Assembly: GCA_051530055.1 (NCBI GenBank) | Contig: CM121341.1 | Coordinates: forward strand, 1,302,001-1,366,000 | Reading direction: 5' to 3' | From: Neoechinorhynchus agilis | Lineage: Eukaryota > Animalia > Acanthocephala | DNA: 64,000 nt | Part shown: piece after piece, positions 60,161 to 64,000 of the stretch | Numbering within the stretch: the stretch's first letter is position 1 | Layout of the letters: each line of letters begins with the position of its first letter | Position numbers and translations under genes: made by a program | The notes under the pieces: model-generated | The model's input: the letters and a program-made list of their open reading frames with translations, nothing else | Told to the model about the DNA's origin: nothing | The model's database searches: none

Positions 60161-63100
60161 ATGGTAGTACAGCAACAATTGTCAGTGAATGAGGCTGTGG
60201 TAGCTCTCCTTCGATCGCTTTCGTCAGTGGACGGTAAGTTGATAAAGGATGCTACAACGGAGTTTAAGTCGTTTTTGAAGACGCCTGAAAGTACTGGTCA
60301 GTTGCTTGGAGTGCTTGCTAGTAAGCATTGCAATGCTGCTATACGAACTGCCGCTGGAGTAATGCTTCATAAGAAGGTGAAAACGTTCAAAGCTTGGAGT
60401 GAAGAAGAACGTGTGATGGCAAAAGCCATTCTTTTGGACATGCTTCCAATTGAACAAGATAAAGCGATCCAGCGAAATTTGACCGAATTGGCTGCTCGGA
60501 TTTTCTCGGCTTCGTACACTTTAAAAGACGATGGCACGGCTGACTATTGGCTACAACTCGTCGAATTTATCCACTCTTGCATCTCTTGCCCACTGGAACA
60601 ACGAACTCTCGGTTTTTCACTTTTATACGCTCTATTGGAGGGTGTTACCGACGATATTAGTCCTTTATTTGACTTTCTTACGAATGCCCTTTCTGCCGGT
60701 CTTCAAGATAAAGAGTCCAACCAAGTGAAATACACTGCTTTAAAGTCATTGTCCACACTCGTGACCGACACCGAATGTTGGCCAGGAGCTGCTATTTATT
60801 CAGAAGAAGACGGAAAGCCTCTTGATGGAGCAGATGAACAAAAATACGACAAACAAATGGAGAAGTTGGCTTTGGTGGTCAATTTGGCAACTCCGGTCGT
60901 CAAGTCCCTCCTTCATGCTCGTGATGTGACCTTCGATACGGATCTATTTGACGTTTTCGCGTCTGTCGTTAATCATTCTAAGCTTGCGAAACTGGCTGAT
61001 CTTCGAGAATCGATTGAATTGGCCGTAGAGGTGATTGGTGCGCGTGAACTTGACGAATTTATCAGAAAAGGTGCTCTTCAATACATCATCGACTCTGCTC
61101 GTGCCCGATCGTCGCTCATTTCCAAAAACCCCGTTGTGTTTGAGACCATCTTTACTCGGATTTTCGCCATAATGTGTACATGTGAAGAAAGTGAACGGGA
61201 AATGGACTCTCTCCTTCAGACGTGTGCTCAAGCTATTGACTCCATTACACAACGTCTACCGAGTTCAACCGTTGTACCCTTACTTCAATCATGCATTGAA
61301 CCAATCATGAAACCAGATCAACCCAAATTCACACGGCGAGCTGCTTTTTTGACACTTGCTGTCAGTGTCGAAGGATGTTGTCGCTATTATGCTGAACATT
61401 GTCTTGAAAGTCTCATTGTTCATGTATTGGAAGGAATCAAAGATCCAGAAAGCATTGTGAGTCTAAGTGCTCTTTTTGCACTCGGAGAACTTTTGTCATA
61501 TGTCGAAGGAAATGCAAATCAATATGGACCTATTTTCATGCCAGTTATACTAGAAGCTCTTACAAAAGTAAAGGATATTAATTACGAACAAGCTGATGCC
61601 GACACTCAATTGTTCATCAGTCGACTATTTTATTCCATTGAAGAAGCATGTGAATGTTTAGACAATGATTTGGTCGATTATCTCAACGATCTCTTCCATC
61701 GACTTTTCTATATTCAAAAGAACAATCAATCAGTACGATTGCAAGAGTTTGTGTTCGAAAGTCTCAGTTTTGCTGTATCTGCCGTTGATCAATTGATTGA
61801 ACCATGGGTCAATGACCTTCTTGCCGTTCTTAGTCAGTGTCTAAAACCCAGAGACGTCACAAATGAACAACCGGCGTTCACTGAAGCATTGTCGGCATTA
61901 TCAACTGTATTTCGATACGCCAATACTCCTCAAGTTCGAGCTCATTCCGACAGCGCCGCTGAATTCGCATCAGCTCTTCTTCATAATGAGGATGCCGATG
62001 CTGCTGAACGAAGTGGTGCCTATGACGTTTTGGCTGCTCTTACGAATATTTACAAGGAGAACATCAGCGACCAACTCGTTCATAGTCTCGTCGAATGCAC
62101 AGGAAAGACGTTTGCGATTGATGGCGATATTAAATTACCAAGTTTACGAAACGGAGCTAGCAGCAATTCGGACGATATTGATATCGGTGGTGATCATGAA
62201 AACGGTCTTCATTTAGACGATTCCGATATGGACGACGACGACGATGATGACGACGACGATGACGATGAAGATGATTCCAGCGATGATGACGAGTTTGAAC
62301 TTTTTGAACGCGATTACGCTGATGAGCGATCAAGTGCTCTTGGAATGATATCCGATTTGGCTATTAATGCAGAACTAAAACTAGTCGGTCATTTTGATCG
62401 CCTTTGGACTTTGGTTCATCGTCAGCTTGACCATCCGGAAGAGGATATACAAAACAGTGCAGCCCGATGTGCATGCTGTCTTCTCGTAATGTGCTATAAT
62501 GTCGCTTCAAAAACTGTTAAAGAAGGAAAGCCATTGCCTGCCGGTGCTGTCAATGAACAAAGAATTGAAACGCTTCTAAAAAAGACCTACCAAGAACTTG
62601 AAGAAAAGGTTCGAACTGCCAATCAACACTCATTTGCCTCCAGTGCTCTCAATGCAATTCAAATTTTGGTTGGTGGTTTCGATAAGTCATTTTTCTCGGT
62701 TATTCCCGTCGATCACGTTGCAAACCTCATTGAAAGCGTTCTAATGCGTACATTGGAGATTTAGACAGGTTTCTGGGGTTTTTCTTCTAAAACGCATCTC
62801 TTACAATTCATTAAAATTGTTCTGATTTTTCTGTAACGACCTGTGTAATCTCCTTAAGGTGGAATGCTTTAAAGATACAGCTGATCCTGAATCAGACGGG
62901 GAGGAACCAGAATTGGACTCACTTGTGACCGAAGCAGCCGGCGATCTCCTTCCAACGTGCGCAAATGCTCTTAATCAAGACCAACACACATGTGAGACAT
63001 TTGAACGAGTCTTCACAAGTTGCATTGGTCATTTATTGAACCAGCTCAAGCAAGGCAATTCAACTCGTAAATCGTTCATCTTAGCTACTTTGGCCTGTAC

Positions 63101-63749
63101 TCTTAACAATCAGGACCGAATATTCATGGAGCCTCAGTTGGCCCTTGAGGTATTCGACACTTTCTTAAATGATAATCATGAAGAACTCGTCCAAAATTGC
63201 ATATACGGTATACGTGTGTTAGTTTCTAAGAAGCCGGAATTCTGTGCTCCGCATTTCTCTAACATTCTTAACAAACTACACGAGATTGTGAAGAATCGCG
63301 CGCCAATCGCTACACAAGGAGAATCAAAGAAATCATCACTAAGAGACAATTTATGCGGTTGTACGGGCCAAATATTGAACACAATCGCCCAATATTCGCC
63401 AAACGACGAAGCGTCCATGCGTGCCGTGTTCGAATTCGCAATAAGTATGTTGCCATTACGGAAGGATCTTGAGAATTATGGACCTCTGTATGAAGCTCTT
63501 ATTCAACCAGTCATTATTAAGGCGAGTTTTGCGGACACTGACGATTTGGTTGACCGGTTGGTTAGAATCGCTTTTAGTCTTATTGTAAAGGATGACGACT
63601 CGGATCTGTCACAAGAGGGGAAACTTGCTGTGATTAAATATTTAGTTTGGCAAACAGAATACAAAAAAGCGATTGTCTTAAAGGCTCTAGAAAACTATAG
63701 CGACGAGCAAAAGGTGATCTTGGAGTCGAAATTGCGACAGGAGCAGTAA
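60161..63749 (+). CDS. IPO4: Importin-4 (Kap123)-like karyopherin; two exons, intron ~62750-62860 with uncertain boundaries
   Basis: HEAT-repeat protein with N-terminal IBN-like segment, RRAAFLTLAVSVEGC (cf. RKAGLLVLAVLSDG), acidic loop, AAGDLLP, RDNLCG, DLENY. Confidence 0.75.
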
Positions 63750-64000
63750 GACTAACGAATATGTGCGCGTTAGTCAGAAAAACACATTAACGGAATTAAG
63801 AAGACATTCGCACATCGGCAAAAAATAAACGAACAAATTTGAATCGGTTTTTTACTGCATGGAAAGATTGTCTTGAAGTGCACGACGGAGTGATCGTTTG
63901 ACTTGGGAACCCGGACCTTTTGGTTAGCCAAAATGCCGCCTGCGGTGTTGAGAACATCCCAGGTTCCAGTGTTAAACGAACACTCGTGTCGTCTGATTTT

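Noticed and set aside
63880-63965. tRNA-like sequence on the minus strand
   Set aside because: Only a partial B-box-like motif, with no cloverleaf.

Overview
AT-rich window from a compact, fast-evolving animal (metazoan-like) genome; the species cannot be named from the sequence. The left half is dominated by a very large inverted duplication (left arm ~3004-14118, right arm ~19370-34215, 5.25 kb spacer). Each arm carries a 206-bp tandem array built from three ~69-bp monomers, decaying copies of a lineage-specific multi-GATA-like zinc-finger gene, an RTK-like kinase fragment and a permuted RTE retrotransposon. The spacer and right flank contain CRE-clade, Penelope-like and APE-LINE retroelement remnants, including hammerhead ribozyme motifs. 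The right half is gene-dense with divergent housekeeping genes (FAM13-like, MCU, PKA RII-like, beta-tubulin, eIF3b, PSMD7/Rpn8, importin-4), tRNA-Met and tRNA-Glu, plus many CRE 3' fragments, MITE-like hairpins and a tRNA-derived SINE. ecdysoneless (ECD) lies at the left end. Gene identities come from recalled motif similarity, not database searches, and splice models are manual.
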